Below the pieces are notes generated by a model, which worked only from the letters and a program-made list of their open reading frames with translations, made no database searches and was not told the origin of the DNA. Positions 46,379 through 59,870 of a stretch of 64,000 bases of DNA are shown one piece after another; position 1 is the stretch's first letter, and each line of letters opens with the position of its first letter. Origin of the DNA: Hydrolagus colliei (lineage: Eukaryota); the NCBI GenBank assembly GCA_035084275.1, contig CM068763.1, forward strand, positions 10,912,001 to 10,976,000, read 5' to 3'. Made by a program: the position numbers and the translations under genes.

Positions 46379-49296
46379 GTAAGAGATTTAATCTCTCCTA
46401 CCCCCCCCCACCCCACCATCCCACCCCCACCTTCTAACATAGTATCTTTAGCAAGTGGCATCTTAGCTTCTCCCCCCTCCCTTTAACCTCTTTAGCAATC
46501 AGCTTCAAATTGGTTCTGTCGTTAATTTATATTAATATTGCAAAAAAAAAGGGATGTGTGTGGGGGAGAGGAGGGGGGGTGGGGGGGGGAGAGGAGTGTG
46601 AGGGGGTGGGGGGATAGAGAGACAAAAATATATATAATCAGCCCGTGGGGGGGGGGGGGGGGGGGGGAGAAATAATTCAATAGTCCAGCTCATCAAATAA
46701 ATCTAAACTCAAATAAATGGAATGAAATCAAAGGCAATGGCAAAAGGCAAAGGCAAGAGTGATTTATGTCTTAAACTCCCCCACACACACACACACACAT
46801 ACACACACGGGCAAGGTTTTATTTTAAGAAACAGAATTCATCAAATGGACATTCATGGTCAATATATTTCAGTCAAACTCTCCCGCACCATCCCAACCAT
46901 CCCAGAGCTGAAAATCATTTGAGGTTGGGGTTTAATGGTCTAGTTGACATTCCTTTAATTTTTTTTTCCTTTCCCCGCACAACCCCCCCCCCCCTTCCCC
47001 CCCCACCTTGCAATACCACACCAATGCAACACACCACACAACTGGTTGCCACAACGTGGATTTTACTATGAGCGCAAAGAACTTCCAATCGAATCTATAG
47101 CCAGAGGCATGGAATTTAAGAAAGATTAGACTCATTCAGTCAGTATCTACTCAGCCCTTAATCCTTTTCGTGATCTCGTCTCCTGGGCTGAATTAAGATG
47201 TATTTTCTAGTCCCCATAGGAGTAGATCAAATGTCGCGTGTGACAAATATCAGACACTAACTTCCATCCTTCCACCCACCCATCCATCCACACACCCACT
47301 ATCAGGATATAACATGTCGATAGGTTGAAGGTATAGCCAAATGCCTCTGTTGTCATGGTTCCCACTGACTTGGGACCAGTTTCCATGTCTAACGCTGTCT
47401 GAAGTCTTACAAATGGAACCCCTGCCTGCCATCACCCTCTCATTTTATTCCTGAACCACATTCGGCGAAATAAAAAAAATTCCCAAACTCCAGTTCTCCG
47501 CATCCATAAAAGATCTGGCATCCAAAGGAAAATTGAGCGGCATTCATAAATATATATATTATTTTGCTATAAATATGTTACAAATATATAATGTATGTGA
47601 GTATGTATAAAATCCTACTCAGGGTTTCTATTTGTCTTTTTAAAAATAGGCAGTAATTGCTGTATCGATTTTTTTTCATTCTTGAACGTGGCGTGCATAA
47701 AATGTAGAGGGATCTATATCGGTTGGCAACAAAAATCGAATTAATGGTGTGTTATAATCCTGAAAAAACACGACTGGTTATCAGTGTGTCGACTGTGGCA
47801 TCAAATTCTTAAAAACATCATTCAACTAAAAATGTGTTTTAAAAACACACACACACTGCATTCTAATATATCCTTCCCTTCCACATATGGGTGCGTCACG
47901 TGGGGGGAAAATAAATACTGGAGTATTGTAGTGATCCTGGAAAATAATCCCCATTTATAGTATTTTCAAACAAAGCTCGAGGATGAGATTCAGATATTTT
48001 TTTTAAAAAATGCGTTCGGTCACCGTGAATTCCAAAACGCAAACACGCCTGTTTGTGGGACGCTGCTGTGCGCAAATTGGCTGCCGCGTTTTGCCCCCCC
48101 CCCCGACCCCCCAAAACACACAGTCACTCCGCTTTACAGCGTAATTGCCGTGAAGCGCTTTTGAGAAGCCGATGGCGACGGCGGCACGATGAGGCACGGG
48201 ATCAAAAATCATTATTGTTTTTGTTATTGTCACATTGTCATTTATCGCAACGGCGTCTCGCACGCCTGAAAATGAAACAGGCAACAAACGCAAGCCTCCT
48301 CCGTCAAATAAAATAACCGCCCGAAACAGGGGTGAGGCCTGAGCATCGCGCCTGATCGTTAATAATCCTGAAACACGAACCCGAGTTTGATGAGCAGCGT
48401 GCGTTACAGACATACTCGCCGTTCCTTGTCAAGCGCGTCGATTTCCTAATGCTACATGGCTTCTCCCACTGTTCATTCGTGTTGCCGTCAAATCGTTCAT
48501 TATTATCATAGTTTGCGCTCCGTGTGAAACGGCATTGGGTTTGCCCCCCCCCTCCCCCCACTCTCTCATTTGCCTCCCTCCTTCCCTTTCGCACTCACCC
48601 CCCCCACCCACCCCCACCCCACCACCACCCCGGGTTCGATGCCTGACTCGTAATTTTAAACCGGGTTGGTCACTAACGGTTAATTAAAGTTAATGCAAAG
48701 CACTGATTTTTCAAATAAAGACCGGGTGGAATCGAGGTCAGGATTGTCCTCGCGTTAATCCCCCCTCCCGAACCAAAAGATATCAGGTCAACAGGGTACA
48801 GTACAATACCGTACAAAAAGGGAATCCACTGATTGGTCTTGACTTGCGTCCGAAATGAGCAGCGGTTGGGGTAGAGAGTTTGGGGCGGCATTTTTGATCA
48901 ATATTTATTGTCTTCCGAAAGTTGTACGATGGTTTCTGTCGGTTGGAATGATGGATATCTCGGCACCCAAAACATAAGAGTATTGGGACTGATCAGAAAT
49001 AGTAAGCTTGTGGTCTCTTTGTTTCAATCTGGTCATATATATATATATACAGTATACAGTATAAAGTAGGCTCGTCCTTTTTTGTGTGTCTGCTGATTTT
49101 ACAATAGGGCGAGTGTTTTTCGATGTACATTATAATATGTCCACCAAACTCTTTTGCTCATCATTTCTGGCTACACCTAAACATGGGAGGGGATCTTTTA
49201 ACGCCCGCCTGATAACCTATTTTATTGTCAGACTCTCTCTCTCTCTCGCCCTCTCTGTGGAGGGATGCGCTCGGTTTACCTAAGTCTGGAGAGTAT

Positions 49297-49524
49297 TAAT
49301 AATAAATAATAATAATAATAATAATCCTTGTGTTTGATACAGCGCTTCTCACATCTTATCGACGTCTCAAAGCGCTTCACAGAATATACTGTAAAGTGGA
49401 GTGACTGTACATATTTGTGGGTGAAACGCGGCAGCCAATTGCGCACGGCAGCGTCCTCCACACACACAGCCGTGGGTTGAAAATTTTATTATCGGGGTTT
49501 TTTTTGGAGGGATTATTATTAGGC

Positions 49525-49557
<33 letters not shown>

Positions 49558-49662
49558 TAAGAAAACTTGCCCAAGGTTTCGCCCTGACCTGCCTGGATTC
49601 GAACACAGGTCTCTCGCTTGCGAGGCGAGTGAGTGGCTCTAACCACTGAGCCACAGGAGAAT
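49297..49662 (-). mobile_element. Full-length SINE with 12-bp TSD
   Basis: Flanks TCTGGAGAGTAT (49285-49296) and TCTGGAGACTAT (49663-49674). Confidence 0.9.
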
Positions 49663-51242
49663 TCTGGAGACTATGAGGCGCAGGTTGGCGAGAGCGAAGG
49701 CTTGGAGTTGGGGTGGGTGGGAGGTGGGGGTGGGGGGGGAACTCGGAGTGTGCGTTGGGGTAAACGCTGGAGTCTAAGCAGCTGAAACCTACGTAGCTTG
49801 ACCATTGAGCGCTCGGTCTGGCCAAGGGAAGCTTTCCCACTGTGTGTGACTGGCTCGGACCCCACAGAGCTTTGATTTTCGGAGTTAACAAGAGGTGAGC
49901 GGGAGGATTCCCTGTTCCCCAGTGTTGGGTCTGAGTGGTGCAGTGTGATGGAGGAGGTGGGAGAGGCCACAGTCTAGTGCAGTGTAATACAGTATAGCAC
50001 AATACAGTACAGTGTAGAGCAGTACAGTGTAGAGCAGTATATTACAGTGAAGTACAGTACAGTGCGGGGCAATACAGTACAGTAATAAACAGTTCATTTG
50101 ATGGCAAACAGTTCATTTTTCACCCCAAAATGTTTCACTTGGAATGGAGTCTATGGCTGACATTTGCGTGAAAGTCGAAACAAACGCTTATTTGAATGTC
50201 TTATTGAGTACAGAAGTGGAGTACATTAATAAGTCCCTTGATTTCAAACCACGGCTGTTTGCGTGGGGGGTGGGGTGGGGGGGGAGTGGGGTAGGACGAC
50301 GACGATGACAACGCAATGCTGAGCGCAATTGGCCCATCGCGTTTCGCCCGCGAGTGTACAACACAGTCAATTCACCCGGCGGGTGATATTCTGCGGACCA
50401 CGAGCGCAAACGTTCGGCTCGTGTCGCGCCTTTTCACGTCGGGAGGAAGCGCTTTGAGGCGTCTAGGAGAAGGTGCGAAAAGCGATCCATCGAATGCCAG
50501 GGTCATGAGTGTTGTTTCTGCAGTATTGCAATAATCCAATGATATCAAATAGCAATAATAGTCCACAGAGCAGTGACCAGGGCTAGGCTACAGGCGGTGC
50601 TGTGTTCATTGTAGCCAAGGTTTGGGAGGTGGGGGGGGGGAGCTGAGAGAGAGAGAGGGAGGGAGGGAGGGAGTGTGTGGGGGGGAGGAGAGAGACAGAC
50701 AGACAGACAGAGAGAGAGAGAGAGAGAAAGAGAGCTGAGAGGGAGAAACAACAACTCCTGGGTATGTGTTTGGCTTGGAAGTGAGTCAGATTCCAGTGCC
50801 ACAGAGTCACTTTCTGTCTGTGTGTGTGTCTCTGTGTGGGTGGGTTTGAGGCAGCCATTCCCAACCCCCAAACCTCCCCCTCCCCATTCATTAGCAGCAG
50901 CCAAATACAGGGTTGGGGGGGGGGGGAGAGAGAGAGAGAAGGGGGGGTAACCAGGGTCCTCCTTCCCCACCAGCCATCCAGAGACAGCCCCCCACACTCT
51001 CCCACCCCCTTTCCTAACAGCTGAACTCACAGATCCCGACTCTCGTTGACTGAGTGAGTGAGTGCAGAGCAGAGGCTGAGAGACAAGGGAGGTGGGGGGG
51101 TGGGGGGGAGAAAGGAGAAGAAGAAAAGAAGAAGAGACAGAAGGAGAAGGAGGAGAGAGAGAGAGAGAGACAGAGACAATCAGACACAGGCGAGGAGAGG
51201 AGGAGAGAGACACAGAGAAGGCAGGAGAGAGATACAGAGGAC

Positions 51243-51405
51243 AGAGACACAGAGAAGGGAAGGAGAGACGCAGAGAGGGAAGGAGAGACACAGAGAGGGA
51301 AGGAGAGACACAGAGAGGGAAGGAGAGACACAGAGAAGGGAAGGAGAGACACAGAGAGGGAAGGAGAGACACAGAGAAGGAAGGAGAGACACAGAGAAGG
51401 AGGGA
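51243..51405. repeat. 20-21-bp minisatellite (GGAGAGACACAGAGAGGGAA), about 8 copies
   Basis: Visible tandem units upstream of the MACF1 MAGY exon. Confidence 0.9.
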
Positions 51406-51817
51406 GAGAGAGAGCCACAGAAGAAGGAGGAGAGCGAGAGATAGAGAGAGCTCCTTACCTCCCCTGCTCCCTTCCTTCCTTCCCTGTCTCCCTTTTCTCT
51501 CTGTCTTCCCCTTTTCCCTGGTTCCCTTCCCTTCCTTGGCTCATTCATTCATTCCCTCCCTCCCTTTCCTGGCTCCTTCTCTCTCTCTCTCTCTCTCTCT
51601 CCCCTTCTCTTCCCCCATTCCCCCCCCCTCCCTCCCTCTCCCCCCACCCTCTCTCTCTCTCTTTCTCCCCACCCTTCTCTCTCCCCCCCCTTCCCTATCG
51701 TTCCCCTGATCCATCTCTCTCTCTCTCTCTCCTTTCTCCCCTTCCCTCTCTCCCTGGTGGGGTGAGGTGGGGAGGGAGGGAGGGGAGGGGAGGGGAGGGG
51801 AGAGGGGGGACTGAGCC

Positions 51818-51911
51818 ATGGCTGGGTATGTGCCAGGACAGATGCCGACTAACTTCGCCGAGGAAAAGGAATTTGTCCAGGCCTATGAGGATGTACTGGA
51901 ACGATACAAAG
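51818..51911 (+). CDS. MACF1: MACF1 alternative first coding exon (MAGY type)
   Basis: Kozak GCCATGG; MAGYVPGQMPTNFAEEKEFVQAYEDVLERYK, then G|GTAATG (phase 1). QAYEDVLERYK(DERD) is the spectraplakin alternative N-terminus found in MACF1/DST. Same phase as the upstream first exon. Confidence 0.85.
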
Positions 51912-51934
51912 GTAATGTATATTGACTGTAATCA

Positions 51935-52365
51935 GTCATCACACACATACACACACACAGCCATCACACAGGGGGAGAGAGGAGGGGGAGAGAGAGGGGA
52001 GGGAAGGGGAGAGATGATAGGGGAGAGAGGAGGAGAGGGGGGTGAGGGAGAGAGAGAAGGAGGGAGGGAATGGGAGAGGAGGGGGGGAGAGGAGGGAGGG
52101 AAGGTGAGAGGAGGGGAGAGAGTTGGAGGGAGGGGAGAGGAGAGATGGAGGGGGAGAGAGATGGAGGGGGAGAGGGGAGAGAGAGGAGGGGAGGGAGAGA
52201 TGATAGGGGAGAGAGGGTGGGAGAGGAAAGGGGAGAGGAGGGGAAGGGGAGAGGAGAGGGAGGGAAGGGAGAGGAGGGGAGTGGGGAGAGAAGAGGGGAG
52301 AGTAGGAAAGGGGAGGGAGAGGATGAGGAGGAGGGGGGGGGGGGGGGGGGGGGGGAGAGGGGAGA
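51935..52365. repeat. G/A-rich low-complexity tract
   Basis: Degenerate GGAGA/GGGAG repeats and a poly-G run. Confidence 0.9.
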
Positions 52366-54739
52366 GACCCTTCAATGAAACCAAGTCCTCCCTCCCTGCC
52401 TTAGCCATTAGTTCCTACATCTTTACGATCCAAAGAAGCCACAATATAATAATATAACAATATTGTTAAACCTCATGTTGATCACGAGTTTCATTGATTT
52501 TATTATTTTCAATGTTATTCCCTTTCAATGTTATTCCCATACACATATTCCATGTGTATGTACATGTGTGTCTATACATGTGTGTGTGTGTGTGTGTCCC
52601 TGTATAGAGATATATTATTGTGCTCAGGTTATTAAGTGAGAGGCAGGGATGTGTGTTTCATGTATTTACTTGTGGTCGCATTCGGTGTCTTGATGACATT
52701 GGTGCTGTTTTGTTGTGTCTGAAAACGTCTGCACATATAATACACACACACACACACATGTAACACACAGAGAGACAACACACATAACAGGCGACAAAGG
52801 AAAGAAATATTCCTGTGTGTGTCTGTGTGTATGTTTTTTGTGTCTATTCCTCTCATTTTCTCCCTTTAAAAAAAATCCTTGGACGCCCTCTTTTTTTCTC
52901 TTTCCCTTTCTTTTCGGATTGATTCAGTTCCTGTCGGTTTTTTTTTATTGTCGCCACAATGACAACATTTCCTGCTGTAGGAAATCTCCCAAGGTTTTCT
53001 GCCTGTAACGTTAGCCAGTTTACAGTATATATATATGTGTGTATGTATATATATATATATATACTGTCACCCACATCTACAGAGAGAGAGACAGAGAGAG
53101 AGAGATATAGAGTTCGTGATGGCAGAATATTTTATAATATTATTATTGACTTGTGAGATCCACTGATTTCATTTGAATTGAATGTAAAATCTTCTTTGAA
53201 TGTGGTTGAATGTAGTGTGTGTGTGTGTGTGTTCACCGACTCATTTCTCTCACTGTGTTCTATTTTATTTATATCTATTAAATACCAATTTAAGAATCTA
53301 ATATATTATCTATCTCTCTCTCTCTCTATATAAATAAAAAATCCATCCATCTGTCTGCAAATCAAATGGAATTTGCAAAGAAGAATAAACACATTAAGAC
53401 TCCTTTATGGAATCGATATTATTGTTTTGTTTGGGGGGTATTTCTTGTGGGCTGGAGGGAGGGAGGGAGGGGAGGGAGGCGATCCTATTGAAGAAAAAGA
53501 TCCATAGTTAAGACAGATCTTAACCAACTCCCTCCTCGGTTTGATCTTAGGTGACTGATTCGTGTGACACGCAGCCATGGCTTCTATTGTATCATAATGT
53601 CCATGGGAAGGTGTGTCAGGGCTCAGCTGTTAGGGAGGAGATGGATTGGGTTGCAAGTTGGACTTTTAATGAGTGGGAGGATATATAAATACTGTGTGTG
53701 AGTGTGTGTGTGTGTGTGTGTTTCTGGCAAAGGGCTGCAGAGCTCAGTCTCAATTTCTTATTTGGGATTCCTTTTATTTGCTGGTGAGGCATGAATTCTC
53801 TCGGTCGAATGGGAACCTGGAATCGGATCAGACTGTTTTTTTTTCAACTGGGAGGAAATCAGATCAGTTTCCTTCCACCCGTTACCTAAATCATCCCACA
53901 AAAACCGCAGACTAAGAGGATAAGGTGCAATACAACACTCTCTGGCCTGCCTGTCTGCCCTTCATTATAAACCTCCCTCCCTCTCTCTCTCCCCCCCTCC
54001 CTCCCTCTCTCTCTCTCCCCCCCTCCCTCCCTCCCTCTCTCTCCTTCTGTGTGTTTTCGCCTCCAACAAGGAAATACAGTATATATCATGCAATAGATAG
54101 CAATGCAAATAGTTTTAATAGGTTACTCCTTGTCGCCAGGGAGATTGTTGAGTTTTTATAAAATATATATACATATATAGTATATATACACATACACATA
54201 TATATAGATATCTGTGGTTTGCAGCATGTAAAATTTAATATGCTTTTTTTCTTCACCTAGCCTACTAGCACTGAAATATTATATATACATATATATATAT
54301 ATTGTGTGTGTGTGTGAGAGAGATGGGTCGGTTAAAAAAAAATGTAGTATGATAAGTACATCCATTCCCTTTCCTAGCTCACTGACTCACTTGTCTGACC
54401 TGGAATGAAAGATGAACTTACTCATTAGCGTTGGGGAGGGGGGCTGGGAATTTTATGGGTCGCAACATGATGTGCGTTGGAATGAGAAGAAAGGTTTTTG
54501 CTGGTTCCAGAGATATTGATCTGTGAAATAATAATACTGGGAGCAGAAAACAATGGCCAGGACAGGCCTCTCTGTTGGAATCTCCTGACCTGCTCCACTT
54601 CCAGACACTATGTAAACCTCGGAAAGGGGTGGTGGGGGAGGGGGTGTTATTAGTAATAATACCTGCAAATTATTATTAATAATAAAAATAATAATAATGA
54701 TCCTTGCATTTGACGCAGTGACTCATATAACGCCTGTCA

Positions 54740-55060
54740 ACCCACGACTGTTTGTGGGGGGACGGACGGACGCCGCTGTGCGCAATTGGCTGCCGCGTTT
54801 CGCCCACAAAATATACAGTCACTTCGCTTCACGGTATATTCTGTGAATATAGAATACGTCTAGATGCGCGATACCCAATGCAGGGATTATTATTATTATT
54901 ATTATCAGGTCTTTCGAGATGTCTCAAAAAGCGCTTAGCAGAATATACTGTAAAGCAACTGTATATTTTGTGGGCCAAACGCAGCTGCTGTTTGTGCACA
55001 ACAGCGTCCCCGCAAACAGTCGCAGATTGAGTGACCAAATCATTATTTTTTTAATGGTTT
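54740..55060. mobile_element. Tail-to-tail inverted SINE pair
   Basis: + copy 54740-54905 and - copy 54905-55060. Confidence 0.8.
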
Positions 55061-57059
55061 TTGATACTAAACAAAGGACCGATAGTACTGCAGTTATTTT
55101 TAGGCCCCAAATACATGTTATTGCAATGGGTAATGTGGAGGTCGAATTTTGAAGTGAATCTCATTGTTTTTAAATGTCTATTTGAAATGTTTACCATGAT
55201 ACGATCGATCCCTACTTCTTCCCCAAAATATCTGCTTTGATACCTAATTCATTGAAGTAGGTAGTTCTGTCGAGTGGTATTTAGGTAAATCTCTAGCGGG
55301 GAAAGGTAACGCTGATGTGACCTCATCGGAATTAAATTCCGCGAGGATTATTTTTGATTTGTTACATGATCGGAATTGAATTTTTGGTTTTAAGAAAAGT
55401 TCGAAACAATTTTGGAAACGATCTTTTCGAAAAATCAAACCACAGCAACACACCTATTCCCTTCGCTTCAGACATCCAGGGTCAGGTTGGTTTGATTTTC
55501 AGACGTATTATCTAAGCTTATTATCTGTCCTTATCTTATTATCCAATGAAATGTGATAGACATTGATGCAAATCATTCTTCAATGCGCAATGGACTCTGA
55601 TTTGACTAAGAGTTCGATATGTTTTTTTTAATGCTGTTTTTATTTTCCAATCTATATATTAGATTTATACAGGGCTATATATAATATAGATTATATAGAT
55701 ATATTCCATACAGGGCTAAATCTCTGGCAAGTTTCCTTACTCCACACGCCTGATAATAATCTCTCAAATAAAACAACAATAAATCGGTCATTTCAATGCA
55801 CGGCTGTTTGTGGGGTGGGGTGGGGGGGAACGCTGCTGTGCGTAATTGGCTGCCGCGTTTCGCCCACAAATATATACTATCAATTCACTTTACATTATAT
55901 TCCGTGAAGCGCTTTGAGATGTAGGTAAGATGTGAAACGCACGATATCAAAATGCCAGGATTATTATTATTTATTACATATCTCTTCCTGTAGTTGAAGT
56001 AGCCATTTTCAGCGTGATGGTCTTCTCTTTGATGGCCTAGGTGAGGTTGGACACTTATTGTGGTGTGGTTGCAAGTTCGCACTCCCACTCAACAAACAAG
56101 TCAAAGCAGGAACTAACTGAGTCACGCCAGCCCTTGTATAATATTTTTTATAATTATAAAGTAGCGTGTTGATAATCTTCAATGATGACAATTAGACGTA
56201 CATAGTATATATATATATATATTCAAACATACAGTGCCTATAATAAAACTATCAGCCCAAACGATACTGATCTCGACACCCATATTTCACGCGCAAAACA
56301 TACAGTCGATTCACCTTACAGTATATTTTATGAAACGCTTTGGGACGTCTCGCAGGCACGGTAAGGCACGCGATCAAATACAAGATCATTCTGATTGTAA
56401 TTATTTATTAGATTTCCGATTTATCCCCACTCGTCCTTCATTCCACTTTCCCTCTACCCACTTGGGTCACTTTTTTCGGCTACGAGTCCTTTTGTGTGGC
56501 CCCTTAATCAAAAATATTTTATTACAATCCGTGTACACATAAATATATCTGCATGCACGTGCTTCACTGTATCAATCCACTCTGGGTATTTTTGATCTGT
56601 GTGAATGGCTAACTTTGCACCACAAAGTAACTTCTGTATAACAGTGGCATAGTTTTGATTTAGGTGTAGGACAGGACAGAATAATAACACCAGAATGTTT
56701 ACTTGTCTGTTTAGTTTAGTGAGACACTTTTGTATACTTTTGCAATTGTTACATGAAATAAATAAAGGTTGAAATTCGCCACTGTGCTGACTTTGCCCGG
56801 GTACGGTATTTGGCAGAAGTCACTCTGTGTAACACACAGAGATTGAAGCTGGTTTCTCGGTCTGAAAGGTACGAACGGGTTATAGAGTTAGACAGTGACA
56901 TTTCGTTTAGCAACATTTAATCAGTGGCTTCTGATGAAACTAGATATACTGAGAAAACACGATATGACAGTGAAAGGCTTCTCTGTTGTACTGTATTCCG
57001 GTAGACTGGAGTTATCACTACTGTACACAACTCGACAGCAAAAATGATTCTGCAACAGT

Positions 57060-57191
57060 TTAATAATAATAATAATAATAATAATACTCCTTGCATTTGA
57101 CATAGCGCTTCTCACGTCTGGACCCGCCTGGATTCGAACACAGGCCTCTCGCTTGCCAGGCGACTGCTCTAACCACTGAGCTACGAGACTC
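57060..57191 (-). mobile_element. Mini-SINE (tRNA head fused directly to the terminal ~45 nt of the tail)
   Basis: Minus strand ..GTTCGAATCCAGGCGGGTCCAG-ACGTGAGAAGCGCTATGTCAAATGCAAGGAGTATTATT. Confidence 0.75.
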
Positions 57192-57456
57192 TGCAGAGGG
57201 AGCTCTCTGGGACTGAAGTAAACATGTCAGGCAATGGAAGTTCTCCATTCTCTGTGGCGCTCTTCATCGTCCCATGAATAATAACGCTTGCATTTGATGT
57301 CGCGCCTTATCACGCCAGCAAGACGTCTCGGAGCGCTGCACGGAATGTGTTGTAACAAAAAAAAAGTGAAGTGACTGTGTATTTTGTGGGCGAAACCCGA
57401 GGTGAAACAGGCCCCTGTCATTTGAATATCAGAGCGGATAGTGAGATTCATTTGCG

Positions 57457-57568
57457 GAGCTCCTGTGGCTCAGTGGTTAGAGCATTCGCTCGCTTTACAA
57501 GCGTGAGACCTGTGTTTCGAATCCAGCCAGGTCAGGGCGAAACCTTGTGCAAGTTTCCTTACTTCACA

Positions 57569-57611
<43 letters not shown>

Positions 57612-57860
57612 ACATACATAATAATCCCTCCCCCAAAAAAACACAACTCGATAATAAAATTGGTCATTTCAATCCACGGCTGTTTGTGTGGGGGGGGACG
57701 CTGCTGTGCGCAATCGGCTGCCGCGTTTCGCCCACAAATATATACAGTCAATTCACTTGACAGTATATTCTGTGAAGCGCTTTGAGACACAGTCTAGAAG
57801 ACGATAAGAGTGCTACATCAGATGCGAGGATTATTGTTGTTTTTATAATTATTATTATTA
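57457..57860 (+). mobile_element. Full-length SINE with (CA)n expansion
   Basis: Head, body and tail; (CA)n at ~57570-57615. Confidence 0.88.
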
Positions 57861-59719
57861 GAGACAACTGACAACCGATCACCTGTCTGAATTTGACTAT
57901 AAATCTGCTGAGTGCAGTGCAATGATTGCAGGGTTGGGGAGGTGAGGGGAGGGGAGAGTGGGGCGAGGCAGGGAGACAGCAGCGTCAGAACTGAGCAGAA
58001 CAAAGTGTCCCGACTCCCCAACTCCAGTCACTGGCTCGAAACCCAGCCCTACCCCTGTCTGGCTTCACCAGCAGCCACACCCAGCAATGATCTGTCACCC
58101 ACAAGTTCCTAATGCATAACTTATTCCTGGCTCAGCCCTACCCATCTCCCCTAGGCTCCTCCAGCTCCACTGATTGCTTTTGAAGCAGTTGAAGGGGGGG
58201 GGGGGGGTTGAGTATTTTATATAATAAATGGGTGGCGGGGGTGGCGGGGGGGGGCGCTACTTACTCCTCACACGTAATAATAATCCCTCAACAAAAATAA
58301 CACGGTTGGGTCATTTCAATCCACGACTGTTTGTGTGTGTGTGTGGGGGGGGGGGGGGGGGGGGGGGGAACGCTGCTGTGCGCAATTGGCTGCCGCGTTT
58401 CGCCCACAAATGTACACAGCCAACTCACTTTTAGAGTGCATTCTGTGGAGCGCTTTGAGACACAGTCTAGAAGAAAAGTGAAAAGCGCTATATCAAATGC
58501 AAGGATTATTCTTATTATTACTTCTACTTTTTAAATGAATTGTGTGTCCCGTGATTGTGAAAATAATGTTGCGTAGTTTGTTTGGGTTTCTGATGGATTC
58601 CCCCACGATTCTCCCCCCCCCCCCCCGCTGTGCGTTTGCATCATTTTTAAATGATCTTTCTTGGAATTACAATGCAATAATAACAACCATTGTCTTCAAG
58701 TAATTCGCGTCACATTTGGATCGAGCGCCTTTCACATCGAGAGGATGTCTCGAAAAGGACTTCTGCGGGATGTGCCGTAAGGTGTGTTTGTTGGCTGCGT
58801 ATTTTGTGGGCGAATGGGACCAGTTTGTGTGCAGCGAGAGGCTGGAAGAACATGACCTAGTTTATCTGGACAGGACAATGGGAGGCCATCTCTCATTTCT
58901 ACCTCCTTTTGAGCTCAAGTAGTTTTCCCTGCAACTAACTCAGTCCCTAATTGTATAATAATAATCCTTCCATTTGATATATATATATGTATTGTATATA
59001 GTGGTTTTCGCTTCTTCTAGACGCCTGAAAGCACTTCACGGAATATACTGTAAACTAAATTGAGTGTACAATATATTTGTGGGCGAAACTCATATACATG
59101 ACATATTTATAAAACTAACTCAGCCCCTTCATGTGAAGAGTGCAATATTAATGCAAATTTTTGTTTTATGTTGTTTTATTGTTACCGTGAGGCTCGCTGG
59201 CCTACAGATCCCTGAATCTTATCCTTTTCCTTTGGAGGGAAACTACTGGGACATTTGCTGCTTCGCAGCTCTTTGGAACAGCCTCCATATCTCACTTATC
59301 TTGCCATCACGACCAGCATGAGCTGACTGTTTTAAGAGTAGTATTGGCTGCCGTGTGTCTTAATACAACTGGGCTGTATGTCACTGTGTGGTACTGAGCC
59401 TTCCGGTTTTAAACCCTTGTTGTCCGCCCTTTGCCGTTGAGATTGGCGATGCCGTTATCCTCAGTCTGGAAGGACGTGGTTGAGGAGTGGGGGGTGAGGG
59501 GGGGAGATATCTCGAGTCTCTGTTTCTTACCAGTTCATTCTACAAATAATAATATGTATTAATAATCCTTGCATTTGATACAATAGACCTCACGTGAAAG
59601 GCGCTACACAAGAGTCATTTTGTTTTTGTTGTTACACAATAAAACAAAAGCACTCTTCGTGTTTGACACGTTTACGAATGAAGCTGATACAAATGAAGCG
59701 AGACCTCGCTTAATCCTGC

Positions 59720-59870
59720 GAAAGAACATACATAAGAATTAGGAGCAGGAGTAGGCTGTTCAGCCCTTGAGCCTGCCGCGCCATTCAATAAGATCACGGC
59801 TGATCTTCTAAACTAACCCCACCTGCCCCCCGCCTTACCCCCAGATCCCTTAATCCCTTTATCCACAATG
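59720..59870 (-). mobile_element. CR1-type 3' fragment
   Basis: ACATAAGAATTAGGAGCAGGAGTAGGCTGTTCAGCCCTTGAGCC..AGATCACGGCTGATCTT. Confidence 0.75.

Noticed and set aside
45600-46437. Long ORFs spanning 45600-46437
   Set aside because: They are artefacts of translating through the N gap. Only 46213-46378 (MACF1 exon) is real. The lone A at 46000 is treated as a formatting or assembly artefact.
50545-52457. Long ORFs of 200-467 aa rich in E/R/G or S/L/P
   Set aside because: They are translations of GA/CT low-complexity repeats that lack stops. The real exon (51818-51911) is in a different frame.
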